DNA from: a virus
Taxonomy: Duplodnaviria > Caudoviricetes
Reading direction: 5' to 3' (one strand)
Length of the DNA: 64,000 nt
Virus record (IMG/VR): IMGVR_UViG_3300044730_002040
Location: 11,795-75,794 of that record
The notes under the pieces are model-generated. The model saw only the letters and a list, made by a program, of their open reading frames with translations. It was not told the DNA's origin and searched no databases. Shown here piece after piece: positions 49,718 to 59,129 of this stretch; position 1 is the stretch's first letter; each line of letters opens with the position of its first letter. A program made the translations under genes and the position numbers.

Positions 49718-51340
49718 TTATTTTATCTTACTCATCAAATCTTTCATTCTCATAAACTGAGGATTTTCGTAAGTTTTTGATTCAATAAGATTGATTGCTG
49801 AACCTGAAGTCACAGTTGTATTCAACTTGTTTTCTACAGACTCAGTAATCGATTTACTTTCTCCTTGAGATAATTCTTCTTTGATTGACTTATAAAGACC
49901 TTTCGACTCTTTCAAAGTCTCAACAGAATCAAATCTTCTTAGGATGTTAATTTTTTCCTTTTTAGTAGTTGAGTGTTCAGTGAACAATCTTGTTGCGTAA
50001 GCTAAGTTTGAATTAAAAATAGCCACTTCATTTAATTTTTCTCTGAATAAATTAAGAGCCTTTCTGTACTCCTCATTCTTTTCTCTCAACATACTTACTT
50101 CCGCCTCGAGGGATTCTACTTTAACTCCATTGTCTGTATACACATAGTTTCTATTGTTGGAAATTGCTTTTCTGTAACCTCTTCCTTCTTTAGAACCCAT
50201 AGCGTATGTTCTTGCAGCTTCTTTTGTTTCAGTTTTTTCATAGTCCTTGTAGTGACCTTTTACGTCACCAGCTTTCTTTTCAACACCGTCAACTTTTTTA
50301 CGCTTGAACTCGTGCTTTTTAGAACCATATCCCTCTTTAGTTTCAGCCTTTACGATTTTGGATTTACCTTCCATATTAGCACCTTTCTTGTATTCGAATT
50401 TAGCTTTACCAGTTCCCATAGTAGCATTACCCTGCTTCATATCTTCTTTGAATCCACCTTTACCAGATGACTTGTAAGAAAATTTAGGACCTTTACCAAT
50501 TCCAACACCTTTAGGTTTAATCGCTTTCTTGTGGTTGTACGCTTCGTCTAAATTGTCATCTTCATCAGATTTCTCATCTAGCATTGATTCGTCCTCTTCA
50601 TCAGATTCCATCATTTCATCTTCATCAGATTCCATCATTTCATCTTCATCAGATTCCATCATTTCATCTTCATCAGATTCCATCATTTCATCTTCATCAG
50701 ATTCCATCATTTCATCTTCATCAGATTCCTCATCCAAAGTAATTTCATACATTACTTCCTCACCTTCCATTTCAGGTTCCATTTCAGTTTCCATGTCAGT
50801 TTCCATATCTGTTTCCATGTCTTCATCAGAATCCTTGAACAAATCAGCAACAATTGCATCCAAGTCAGAATTTTCTTCCTCATTAACCTTAGATTTTGTT
50901 TTTGATTCACCGAGTTTAATAATGTACTCATTATCTGAGTCATTGTCAGTGAGTTGAATTTCCTCATCGTCTTTTGTTACGATAATTCCATCCTCTTCAC
51001 TCATAGCTTTGAAAACCTTTAAGATTTCCTCATCAGACGCTCCAGTCAAATCGATTGGAGTTTCATCAGAATCCATGTCAAGTTCCATTTCCATTTCACC
51101 CTCCATGTCATCAACTTCTGCATCCATTTCAATGTCCATCTCTTCTTCATCAGAAGCGGGCATTTCCATTTCAGCGTCAACGTCAACCTCCTCTTGTTCA
51201 GAAAGAGATTCTTTTACTAATTGGTTGATTTCTTCCTTCATCGTTGAAGCAAGTATTCCTTTTGCATTTTCGGCGATAGCCTCTTCAACATTTTTCATTT
51301 GAATGAGCGCCTCTTCTACTAGATTTTTATTTTCTTGCAT
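49718..51340 (-). CDS. prohead scaffold/core protein (gp22-like position)
   Basis: highly acidic, coiled-coil C-terminus, many hydrophobic-x-E motifs, directly upstream of MCP. Confidence 0.75.
   Translation of the reverse strand: MQENKNLVEEALIQMKNVEEAIAENAKGILASTMKEEINQLVKESLSEQEEVDVDAEMEMPASDEEEMDIEMDAEVDDMEGEMEMELDMDSDETPIDLTGASDEEILKVFKAMSEEDGIIVTKDDEEIQLTDNDSDNEYIIKLGESKTKSKVNEEENSDLDAIVADLFKDSDEDMETDMETDMETEMEPEMEGEEVMYEITLDEESDEDEMMESDEDEMMESDEDEMMESDEDEMMESDEDEMMESDEEDESMLDEKSDEDDNLDEAYNHKKAIKPKGVGIGKGPKFSYKSSGKGGFKEDMKQGNATMGTGKAKFEYKKGANMEGKSKIVKAETKEGYGSKKHEFKRKKVDGVEKKAGDVKGHYKDYEKTETKEAARTYAMGSKEGRGYRKAISNNRNYVYTDNGVKVESLEAEVSMLREKNEEYRKALNLFREKLNEVAIFNSNLAYATRLFTEHSTTKKEKINILRRFDSVETLKESKGLYKSIKEELSQGESKSITESVENKLNTTVTSGSAINLIESKTYENPQFMRMKDLMSKIK
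50595..50729. repeat. perfect 24-bp tandem repeat, 5 copies plus a partial (encodes MMESDEDE)
   Basis: unit tcttcatcagattccatcatttca. Confidence 0.95.
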
Positions 51341-51363
51341 AGCAATAATTATTGATTTAACTA

Positions 51364-51370
51364 ATAAATA
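51364..51370 (-). promoter_or_regulatory. candidate late promoter TATTTAT
   Basis: upstream of the scaffold-MCP operon. Confidence 0.65.
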
Positions 51371-51409
51371 TTGTTAATTATAAAAAAAGTTAAAAAATTA
51401 TGGAATTTA

Positions 51410-51748
51410 TTATACTGCTGAGAAAAAACTTGAAACCTGTCTTGTCATAAAATCTATTTGCCAACCCATTTCTTTTCTCATGTCTATAACAGCTTGAATT
51501 TGTCTCCAGTCATCATCAAAAATTATTACGGTATCAACACTACTTCCCTCAATCAAACTAAATTGTAATCTCCAACTTACTGTAGCCATGGCAGATTTTA
51601 CATCCATGGTAGATGTTACAAGATTTGAACCGATAATTTGAAAACCTTGTTTTTCCAAATAATTGATACCTGAAGAAAAAGTATTACATTCGACTACGGC
51701 GAGAAGGTTGCCCTCCCTCGAATCTTTATAGGAAACAGAAATATACAT
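51410..51748 (-). CDS. hypothetical protein
   Basis: start moved to ATG 51748 (MYISVSY), downstream of a terminator and a late motif. Confidence 0.55.
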   Translation of the reverse strand: MYISVSYKDSREGNLLAVVECNTFSSGINYLEKQGFQIIGSNLVTSTMDVKSAMATVSWRLQFSLIEGSSVDTVIIFDDDWRQIQAVIDMRKEMGWQIDFMTRQVSSFFSAV

Positions 51749-51765
51749 AAAAAGTAAATTTGACA

Positions 51766-51772
51766 ATAAATA
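51766..51772 (-). promoter_or_regulatory. candidate late promoter TATTTAT
   Basis: between the terminator and start 51748. Confidence 0.55.
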
Positions 51773-51784
51773 GTTATAAAAACT

Positions 51785-51809
51785 AAAAAGTGGCCCTAAG
51801 ACCACTTTT
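51785..51809 (-). terminator. Rho-independent terminator
   Basis: minus strand AAAAGTGGTC-TTAG-GGCCACTTTTT just after the 51808 stop. Confidence 0.75.
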
Positions 51810-52020
51810 ATTTTTCAATTACTTCATCAATTTTACTTTCAGAGACTGAAGTTATCCTCCAATCATATGAAAATGATTCGTACCTTTTGGTTACTTTAGC
51901 TTCTACATCAGTAACCGAAAAACCTTTTACTAATTTTTCTTCTCTGATTTTTTTTATTTTACCTGTGGTATCATCAGGAAGTTCATACTGAATTTTTGCT
52001 ACAAAATACTTTTCGTCCAT
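51808..52020 (-). CDS. DUF4494-like single-repeat protein
   Basis: YFVAKIQY...GKIKKIREEKLV...SVTDVEAKV...ITSVSESKIDEV resembles the Bacteroidota DUF4494 repeat. Confidence 0.6.
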   Translation of the reverse strand: MDEKYFVAKIQYELPDDTTGKIKKIREEKLVKGFSVTDVEAKVTKRYESFSYDWRITSVSESKIDEVIEK

Positions 52021-52024
52021 AAAT

Positions 52025-52738
52025 TTATTTTCCCAAAAAATCGTTAAGTTTTTTCATTAAATCAATAGATTTATTCATTGGACCTTCAAGTTTTGCAACT
52101 TTTTCTTCCTCTAAATTTTCTTCGTATTGACCCCTCTCATTTACATCAGAAAATAAATAAGCACCGGGTGTTGACGGTGAAGAAACTAAATCAAAACAAA
52201 TTAATTCAAAGTCATCTTGAACTTCGTTTCTTTCACCAACTTTTTTTAATGACCCAACACCTCTCGATGAAACTCCCATAGTTACTCCTTGTCTCATTAA
52301 ATTTGCTGCAACATCTCCTTTACAAGATACTACACCTGTTTCGTGGAAACCCGGACTTGTAAGAAGTTTCAATTTACCCATCAATATGTTTTTATCCCAC
52401 CATATGTCAGTTATTAAATGAGATACTCTATCTAAGTCAATAAGAGACGATTCAGGGTGATTTAGTTCTGATGTAGATAGTCCTTTTTGAATAATTTTTT
52501 TATATCTATCCGCTTCTCTTTTTAATATTTTTTCAGGATAAAATCTTCCGTTTCTATTTGGTGTGTCATACTTTTGAAGTACAGCATAGAATTCAAAAGG
52601 ACTTTTATAATCTAATTTTTTTGCTTGTTCCAACAATGGTAAATTCAATGAGTCATTTGGATTTATAAAACCCGCGTCCATCTCTATAAGAATTCCGTGA
52701 CCAAGTTCATTTGCCTCTAATATACGAAGTTGTTTCAT
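52025..52738 (-). CDS. gp21: prohead maturation protease (T4 gp21 family)
   Basis: NRNGRFY, ELNHP, VSH, GVSSRGVGS, FDLVSSPSTPGA. Confidence 0.93.
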   Translation of the reverse strand: MKQLRILEANELGHGILIEMDAGFINPNDSLNLPLLEQAKKLDYKSPFEFYAVLQKYDTPNRNGRFYPEKILKREADRYKKIIQKGLSTSELNHPESSLIDLDRVSHLITDIWWDKNILMGKLKLLTSPGFHETGVVSCKGDVAANLMRQGVTMGVSSRGVGSLKKVGERNEVQDDFELICFDLVSSPSTPGAYLFSDVNERGQYEENLEEEKVAKLEGPMNKSIDLMKKLNDFLGK

Positions 52739-52751
52739 CCTTTGTTTTCAG

Positions 52752-52758
52752 ATAAATA
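52752..52758 (-). promoter_or_regulatory. candidate late promoter TATTTAT
   Basis: upstream of the prohead protease gene. Confidence 0.65.
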
Positions 52759-52777
52759 TACAAGATTGAATTGTTAA

Positions 52778-53206
52778 TTATTTTTTTGACTTAGAAAAAG
52801 TAAAATATTTGTTTTTTTCGATATTGTTAATGTAGATAGATTTAATAATTTGTTTGATTTCAAATTTGATTTTTTCAGATTTAAAATCTAATTGTTCGTT
52901 TGAAAACAAATTAACTTCAAGATTAAAAAAAGATTTTTTACCTATTGAAATACCACTAACACGTAAGTCTAAATCGACTATAGTTTTTGGAAGAAATATT
53001 TCAGATTTATTGGAATTTAAAATCGAATGTTTGATTTCTCTGTTCAGATTACCAACAACTCTACCCCAATTTTCCATTTCATTTTTGGGTGTGACCCAAG
53101 ATTGAATGTTTATAAAAACAGATTTCAAATTTTTAGAATCTACCGTTCCATACATTGATTTTATTGGGTTGAATAGATTTAGTTTTACACTTTTTCCTTT
53201 TTTCAT
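52778..53206 (-). CDS. hypothetical protein
   Basis: 142-aa basic ORF with a sigma70-like promoter upstream. Confidence 0.6.
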   Translation of the reverse strand: MKKGKSVKLNLFNPIKSMYGTVDSKNLKSVFINIQSWVTPKNEMENWGRVVGNLNREIKHSILNSNKSEIFLPKTIVDLDLRVSGISIGKKSFFNLEVNLFSNEQLDFKSEKIKFEIKQIIKSIYINNIEKNKYFTFSKSKK

Positions 53207-53238
53207 TTTTGTTCATATTACTATGTTTATTTTTGTTA

Positions 53239-53267
53239 AAAATAAGAGTAAGTTGTTTCATTGTCAA
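53239..53267 (-). promoter_or_regulatory. sigma70-like promoter TTGACA-N17-TATTTT
   Basis: perfect -35 box, 17-nt spacer, divergent from the bS21 gene. Confidence 0.5.
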
Positions 53268-53285
53268 AAATGAAAACAATTAGTA

Positions 53286-53292
53286 TATTTAT
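53286..53292 (+). promoter_or_regulatory. candidate late promoter TATTTAT
   Basis: upstream of bS21. Confidence 0.6.
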
Positions 53293-53301
53293 TTTAGAAT
53301 T

Positions 53302-53490
53302 ATGTTAATTATAGAAGTAAAAAATAATGACAACTTAGAGAAGTCTTTAAAAATTCTCAAAAACAAAGTCATCAAAACAAAACAAAATCAAATTCTAAAC
53401 GAAAGAAAAGAATTTGAAAAGAAATCTGTAAAGTCAAGGAAAAAAATTCTCAAAGCAATTTACGTTCAGAAAAAAAGGAACGGATTATAA
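53302..53490 (+). CDS. rpsU: phage-encoded ribosomal protein bS21
   Basis: MLIIEVK...LEKSLK...L.ERKEFEKKS...KAIYVQ; 62 aa, basic; Tyr at position 54. Confidence 0.88.
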   Translation: MLIIEVKNNDNLEKSLKILKNKVIKTKQNQILNERKEFEKKSVKSRKKILKAIYVQKKRNGL

Positions 53491-54183
53491 CCCGTTTTTC
53501 AAAGAAATTAATTTCACGTAATTAATCTGAGTGAATTCTTCTTTTTGTAGTTTTTCAATAGTCTCAGAGATTTTGGATTTGATTTCACCCTCTTCAGACT
53601 CAGTGAACAAAGTTTTCAATTTGTCAATTGTGCCTTCTTTCAAGGTAGAGTAATCTTTTTCCATATTTTCTTTATCTCCCTTGATTACATCAATGAATAT
53701 TTTTTTACTCTCTGAGTCCATGTCTTTGATATAGTTTTCGAGAGTTAAATTAGCAATTTTAACCATTGAACTAACAGGAATTTTTATTCCCTCAGTAATC
53801 TTTTTTGGTTCACTCATCAGAACATTCAAAATATTTTTTCTTGATTGAATTCTTTCTTTCAAATTCAATTTGTTTGTGTAAACCAATGTATCAATGTCCG
53901 AATAAAGATTGTTTTCTGATTTTTTTGTTGATGAAGGCATCTTTACCGATGGAAGAATTTTTTCAATCAAATTCAACCCCTCATTCAAATAATTTTCGGC
54001 ATCAACTTGATTTAAACCTTGAGGTTGAGAAAGTTGGTCGTATACTGAATAAAGTTTTGAAACTTGTTTATTATTCAAAACATTTTCTTTGAATTCTCTG
54101 AGAGTTTTTTTGAACTCTTTTTCGTTTTTATACGAATCCAATAAGTTTGACTCAATTGTTGATTTTACTAGGCCGAAAGTCAT
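53485..54183 (-). CDS. hypothetical head-module protein
   Basis: 232-aa helical ORF downstream of the portal gene; stop codons shared with bS21 in a TTATAA palindrome. Confidence 0.65.
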   Translation of the reverse strand: MTFGLVKSTIESNLLDSYKNEKEFKKTLREFKENVLNNKQVSKLYSVYDQLSQPQGLNQVDAENYLNEGLNLIEKILPSVKMPSSTKKSENNLYSDIDTLVYTNKLNLKERIQSRKNILNVLMSEPKKITEGIKIPVSSMVKIANLTLENYIKDMDSESKKIFIDVIKGDKENMEKDYSTLKEGTIDKLKTLFTESEEGEIKSKISETIEKLQKEEFTQINYVKLISLKNGL

Positions 54184-54201
54184 TGTGTGATTTATTTGTA
54201 A

Positions 54202-54208
54202 ATAAATA
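54202..54208 (-). promoter_or_regulatory. candidate late promoter TATTTAT
   Basis: between the portal gene and start 54183. Confidence 0.6.
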
Positions 54209-56044
54209 TTAGGAGTTCAATAACTTGTCTAGTTCTTCAGAAATTTTTCCTAAAGATTCTTGTGCACCACCAAGTTCAATGATTTGTTTACCTTCAATCA
54301 AATCATTTTCAATCAAAATATTCATATCTTTGTTCTTTGACTCAGGTGTTACTGCCGCTTCAGCTGGTGCTGGTTCTTCGGGTGCTGTTGGTGCTTCAGC
54401 TGGTAAAGTTTCCTCTCCACCAGCACTTGGTAATCCACCCAATACTTCCTCACCTCCTGGTGTCGTGGAAGCCTCACTCGATTTTGTTCCACCAGTTGAG
54501 GAACCGTAAAGTTTGTCAATATTGTCGAATACCCCTGTCTTAGTTATTACGGTAGGAGTTGCCTTTAATTCTTCTCCGACCGCTCTTTCAATTCTTTGTT
54601 GTTGTAAATCGAGTTTTACCTCATCATCAGACCAACCAAAAATGTGTTTTTTAGCCCAAGTAGAAGATGTTGCCTGGATTCCGTTTCCTGGGTCTGCAAC
54701 CAAGTCTTTATATAATAGAACTTTTTCTTTCCAAACATCGATTTTCAACAGGTCCGCCTGTGTTGAAGGGTTTGTTAAACCTAAAGTAAAATTATCAAGT
54801 TCGTCCTCAAAACCCAAAAGGAATAAATGAATAATTGCAATCTTATTCATTTCCTGTAACATACTCCTTTGAATTCTGTTGATAGTTCGTGCGAAACGAA
54901 TATCTTGTAATGATAAATTTTTACCATCACCAACTACTTCTTCAAATCCCAAAAATGCTTTTGGAACACGTAAAGCCGTTAATAGTTTCTTTTGAATGTA
55001 TTCTATATCCGCAATTTCAGATAAATTTTGAGCCCCAGCTAATGTATCAATTGGACTTGGTGCTGCTGGGTCACGTACCGGTACGAAATAATCTTGGTCA
55101 ACAGCCATTTGATTAAATCTCATATCAACTTGACCTGTTTTACTGTCCACAATTTGTTCTCTCTTAAACTTATTCGCAACACGTTGTACATATGCTTCAA
55201 CATCATCATCGTTCATGTTTCCAACAAATACCTTGAAAATTCTTCTTTCTGGCGCTCTTGAAGTTCTATAAATTAACATCGCATCCTCGGACAAAAGAAG
55301 TTGTTTCCAAATCCTTCTTGCTTTTTCTAACATAGATGTACCGTAAGGTAATCTTCTGTCATCGCCTAATAATCTAAAGTGAGCAATTTCCCAAGATTGA
55401 AAAGTCATATTTTTATTCTTCCAATCAAAATGAAGTGCTTTTCTATCCTCAGGTTTTTCTGGCTCAACAGTAATTTTTTGACTGACACCAACTTCTCGTC
55501 TCTCTATTTCAATTGTCGGAAGTTGTTGACACCCAACCACTCCTTTTTCAGGGTCCAACTTTAAATAAACAAAATTGTCACCGTATTTACAAGTATTTCT
55601 TGTCCACATTGGAAGGTTGGTGTTAATGTCCAAGGCGTTGTTGAATAGGTCAGCTAATACACCCTTTATCCTTTTTGACTCAGAATAAATTTGTAAAATA
55701 AACCCATCTTCGTTGGGTGTTGTTGACTCCTCGGCATAGATATCTAACGCAGCTGAAATCTCAGGAGTATACTCCATTGATTCATAATCATACTGAGCAG
55801 ATAATCTTGATGGTTCGTAGTAAATTGCCTGAGAATAAAGGTTATTTTCTACCTTAGCCCATTGATTTGCAAGATAATAACTTTGTTGTGCTTGAAGTTT
55901 CTCTCTTTCATATTCATCTCTATTCTTTGTTCTTAACAACTCAGTTTTATCAAACTTATAAGTTGGATAGTCTTGGTTCAGTAAAGAATTAGGACCAAAT
56001 GTTTTGGAAAGTCTCTGCCATACCGTTAAATTCTGCTCACTCAT
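54209..56044 (-). CDS. gp20: portal protein (T4 gp20 family)
   Basis: EISAALDI, EDAMLIYRTSRAPERRIF, DYFVP, IDTL.GAQNL, DIEY..KKL..ALRVP. Confidence 0.95.
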   Translation of the reverse strand: MSEQNLTVWQRLSKTFGPNSLLNQDYPTYKFDKTELLRTKNRDEYEREKLQAQQSYYLANQWAKVENNLYSQAIYYEPSRLSAQYDYESMEYTPEISAALDIYAEESTTPNEDGFILQIYSESKRIKGVLADLFNNALDINTNLPMWTRNTCKYGDNFVYLKLDPEKGVVGCQQLPTIEIERREVGVSQKITVEPEKPEDRKALHFDWKNKNMTFQSWEIAHFRLLGDDRRLPYGTSMLEKARRIWKQLLLSEDAMLIYRTSRAPERRIFKVFVGNMNDDDVEAYVQRVANKFKREQIVDSKTGQVDMRFNQMAVDQDYFVPVRDPAAPSPIDTLAGAQNLSEIADIEYIQKKLLTALRVPKAFLGFEEVVGDGKNLSLQDIRFARTINRIQRSMLQEMNKIAIIHLFLLGFEDELDNFTLGLTNPSTQADLLKIDVWKEKVLLYKDLVADPGNGIQATSSTWAKKHIFGWSDDEVKLDLQQQRIERAVGEELKATPTVITKTGVFDNIDKLYGSSTGGTKSSEASTTPGGEEVLGGLPSAGGEETLPAEAPTAPEEPAPAEAAVTPESKNKDMNILIENDLIEGKQIIELGGAQESLGKISEELDKLLNS

Positions 56045-56072
56045 TTTACAATTTTACTTTATACCCTAATAA

Positions 56073-56080
56073 TATAAATA
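56073..56080 (-). promoter_or_regulatory. candidate late promoter TATTTATA
   Basis: between the terminase and portal genes. Confidence 0.65.
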
Positions 56081-56081
56081 G

Positions 56082-57842
56082 TTATTTTACACCAAATAAC
56101 CATCCATATTTTTGGTAGTCACCTTTAGTAGGTGCACCGAAATTGTATCCATTTTGTCTACCCATCTGAGGGACCATTGGATTGAAAAATTCAGATGTAT
56201 TTTTATTTTCGTGTGAGATACTTGTCCAAGAATTTAACATCGCCTTAGTATGATTTACAACCTTTTGTAAAGACTGGAATGATTTCTCCGCGACATAAAT
56301 TGCCATCGAAAGTCCCATAATACAGTCGTCATGCTGACCTTTCTGATGGTCAGGTCTACCATTAATGTAAACAAAAGTATTCATCTCATTATAAGTCCTA
56401 TGAGAATAAATTTTAAATCCGTGTCGTATCGCTTCTTCAAATGAAGCAATTATTTGTACCCTTTTATTATTGAAATTAATACCCGGTATTTTTTCATTTG
56501 CCTTTGGGTCCCACTTCCATTTTTTGTTTGGGTCCACATTGTCTACATAAAGACCAAATTCGTAATTCATTTCCTGAAGTTTTCTTGCGGATGAAACTCC
56601 CATACCTCCTGTTATATCAATTACACAATATGCGTTGTACATTGAACCCCATTTGAAGGCAATTTCAGCTAAGACATCGGGAGGTACTTTCCCGACATAT
56701 TCTAATACCTGCTCTCTTTCATCAAAATCAATAATTTGTATACTTGAGAAATCTTCAGAATCTCCTCTGGATACGTCTAATCCCATAACATACTTATGGT
56801 TGTTTTCGGGCTCTTTGAATATCCATAAAGCACCACCCATTAGTTTTGCTGAAGGGTCTCTGAGTTGATTTTTTGATATGTTCAAAAGTAAATCGGAGTC
56901 AAAGACATTGTCTCCTGAACCCAAGAAATTACACTCCAACTCCTGTGCCACCTTTCTTCTATCATACTTCAATTTTTTAACCATACTCTCGAACCAAGAC
57001 GAACAGGGTTTGTAACCTTTTGAAATATATTCTTTTGTTATTTCATGGTCTCTTTCGTATGGGTTTTCTACTGATAAATCAACTATATCTTCAGCTTTGT
57101 ATTCTTCACGGTTCAACAAATAATGTACTAAATCATTCGTTTTGACCATGAATAAATCTCTCGTATATCTTGGGTCTTTGAACCAATACATCTCGGAGAT
57201 TTTAAAATCATTCATTCCTCTAAGAGCTTGGTCGTATATTTCATAATAAATTGGGTCATAACCATTTGGAGTTGAAACAACAATTACTTTACCACCTGTA
57301 GAAAGGGAAGCCATACAAGCAGACCAGAAATCATTGTCGGCTTCGATGAACGCAGCCTCATCGAAAATAAGAATAGTAGGTGTATAACCTCTAAGTGCGT
57401 CTTTTGATGTCGCTACCGCTTTTACTTCACAATCATTGGTAAGTTTGAAATGCCTTTGGGAATTTTTTTCTGCGGAGAAACCAACTCCAACCCAAGCGGG
57501 CCATTGTTCAGTGAAACCACGAATTTTATTAGCCATTTCAACTGAGGTATCGAGCTTGTTGGCAATAATTAGAATTTTCTCAGGTTTTTGTTTTTTTGCA
57601 AAAACTAACTTTTTTGATGCCCAAGCAGCGGTTACCGTAGTAACACCCGCTTGTCTATATTTTAAGGCGATATTTTCATTGCAACTATCGTAATCCTCAA
57701 TCAACTTGATTTGGTCAGGAAATAAATCCAACGGAACATACTTAGAAACAGTATTATCGTAAGTTTGCAAATATGTACGAAGTGCATAAGGAGTATTCCT
57801 CATGCACTTTGTAACTTCTATAATTAATTGTTCTTTGGTCAC
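56082..57842 (-). CDS. gp17: terminase large subunit (T4 gp17 family)
   Basis: FPDQ, KYRQAGVTT, LIFDEAAF, STPNG, QELECNF, GLDVSRG, HDDCIM; GTG start. Confidence 0.93.
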   Translation of the reverse strand: MTKEQLIIEVTKCMRNTPYALRTYLQTYDNTVSKYVPLDLFPDQIKLIEDYDSCNENIALKYRQAGVTTVTAAWASKKLVFAKKQKPEKILIIANKLDTSVEMANKIRGFTEQWPAWVGVGFSAEKNSQRHFKLTNDCEVKAVATSKDALRGYTPTILIFDEAAFIEADNDFWSACMASLSTGGKVIVVSTPNGYDPIYYEIYDQALRGMNDFKISEMYWFKDPRYTRDLFMVKTNDLVHYLLNREEYKAEDIVDLSVENPYERDHEITKEYISKGYKPCSSWFESMVKKLKYDRRKVAQELECNFLGSGDNVFDSDLLLNISKNQLRDPSAKLMGGALWIFKEPENNHKYVMGLDVSRGDSEDFSSIQIIDFDEREQVLEYVGKVPPDVLAEIAFKWGSMYNAYCVIDITGGMGVSSARKLQEMNYEFGLYVDNVDPNKKWKWDPKANEKIPGINFNNKRVQIIASFEEAIRHGFKIYSHRTYNEMNTFVYINGRPDHQKGQHDDCIMGLSMAIYVAEKSFQSLQKVVNHTKAMLNSWTSISHENKNTSEFFNPMVPQMGRQNGYNFGAPTKGDYQKYGWLFGVK

Positions 57843-57848
57843 AGAAAA

Positions 57849-59129
57849 TTATTTGGGTCTAGATATACCCAAACTGCCCAAGAAATCGTCCAACTCATCA
57901 TCTTCATCTCCACTTTCACCCTCTTCTTCTTGATACTCTTCGTATTCCCTTTTCAATTCCATAGCTCTTCTCATAAGTTCTTCAAACCTCTGAGTGGCTT
58001 TTTTATTTTTAGCTTCATCGTTTGAAATTGCATTTCCGATTATTTCTAAAAATTCTTGTGCAGGAATTTGGTATAGTTCTATTTCGAACCAGTTTATTAA
58101 CCCTTTATTCGAAGGGTCAAACATTTCATCAGGGAGAGCTACTCTAATCATTTCAGTAACTTCAGGACCAATACGTAATTGCATTGGTTCATTTGATAAG
58201 ATGTCTACCTGTGATTTTACTTTCTCTCTCATACTAGGTTCTGAAGGAAGACCGAAACGTGCGTTTGCAGCTTTTATCCCCTTTATGATTTCATGGGTTA
58301 GAATTGGGAAAATAATACCTTCGGCAATTATTTTTGTGTCAGGTTTTTCTTCTCCTTCACCTCCTCCATCGTCATCAGCATCATCCAATTCAACTTTTCC
58401 AGCAACCCCTTGTCCTGTTTGAGACATTTGCTCTATCATCTGTTCCATACTGAAATAAAGAAAATCGTTAATTGCCATGATACCTAAATAAGCTGGATAA
58501 AGTCGACTATCAATTCTATCGAGTTCTGCTTTAACTTCAGGTTTTTGAAACAAATAATGTCCCTTTTTTGCCGCTCCTTGAACGATTGCATTTATAAGAT
58601 TTCTTTTATGTTTTTCCAGTTCAAGTTGTTCCGCATCAGTTAAATCCTCAACATCGAATGATGGCATTTCAGGTTCCTCTTTTTCCTCCTCGTCCTCATC
58701 TTCTTTTTCTTCAGGTTCATATCTGAAATTGGATACATCAATTGGTTCTCTGTTCAATAATGCTTCTATTTGATACCATCCTTCAGGTACCTCAGTCTCT
58801 TCTAAAGATACTTTTTTTGCAAGTTCTTCCAACGCTTGTCTGTGTTGACCCTCAATTCTCATTACCATTGGGACTTTACTCATTTCCTCCATATAAATTT
58901 GTTGCATCATATTTGGAGTAATTCTTTCAAGACCTCTGGCTTGTCTCAATTTGTCGACAACTTTTTTAAATCTTGAGCTTGCAATTCTTGATACATCTTT
59001 TTCTCCTTTTCTGAAAGCAGGATTGGATGCATAAAGACTTTCTGGACTTTTTAACTTTTTTTCAAGTTTTGGGTCCATCCTCTCAGGATAGTCACCGTAA
59101 TCTATTTGTTCTCTAACTATTTTTTTCAT
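57849..59129 (-). CDS. hypothetical protein
   Basis: 426-aa acidic ORF; N-terminal MKKIVREQ; internal HEIIK. Confidence 0.65.
   Translation of the reverse strand: MKKIVREQIDYGDYPERMDPKLEKKLKSPESLYASNPAFRKGEKDVSRIASSRFKKVVDKLRQARGLERITPNMMQQIYMEEMSKVPMVMRIEGQHRQALEELAKKVSLEETEVPEGWYQIEALLNREPIDVSNFRYEPEEKEDEDEEEKEEPEMPSFDVEDLTDAEQLELEKHKRNLINAIVQGAAKKGHYLFQKPEVKAELDRIDSRLYPAYLGIMAINDFLYFSMEQMIEQMSQTGQGVAGKVELDDADDDGGGEGEEKPDTKIIAEGIIFPILTHEIIKGIKAANARFGLPSEPSMREKVKSQVDILSNEPMQLRIGPEVTEMIRVALPDEMFDPSNKGLINWFEIELYQIPAQEFLEIIGNAISNDEAKNKKATQRFEELMRRAMELKREYEEYQEEEGESGDEDDELDDFLGSLGISRPK

Noticed and set aside
50595-50729. 24-bp direct repeats as a CRISPR array
   Set aside because: No spacers, in frame within the scaffold CDS, and no cas genes in the window.
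50529-51302. Ser-rich + strand ORFs (also near 54225, 57994, 60933)
   Set aside because: Antisense shadows of acidic minus-strand genes.
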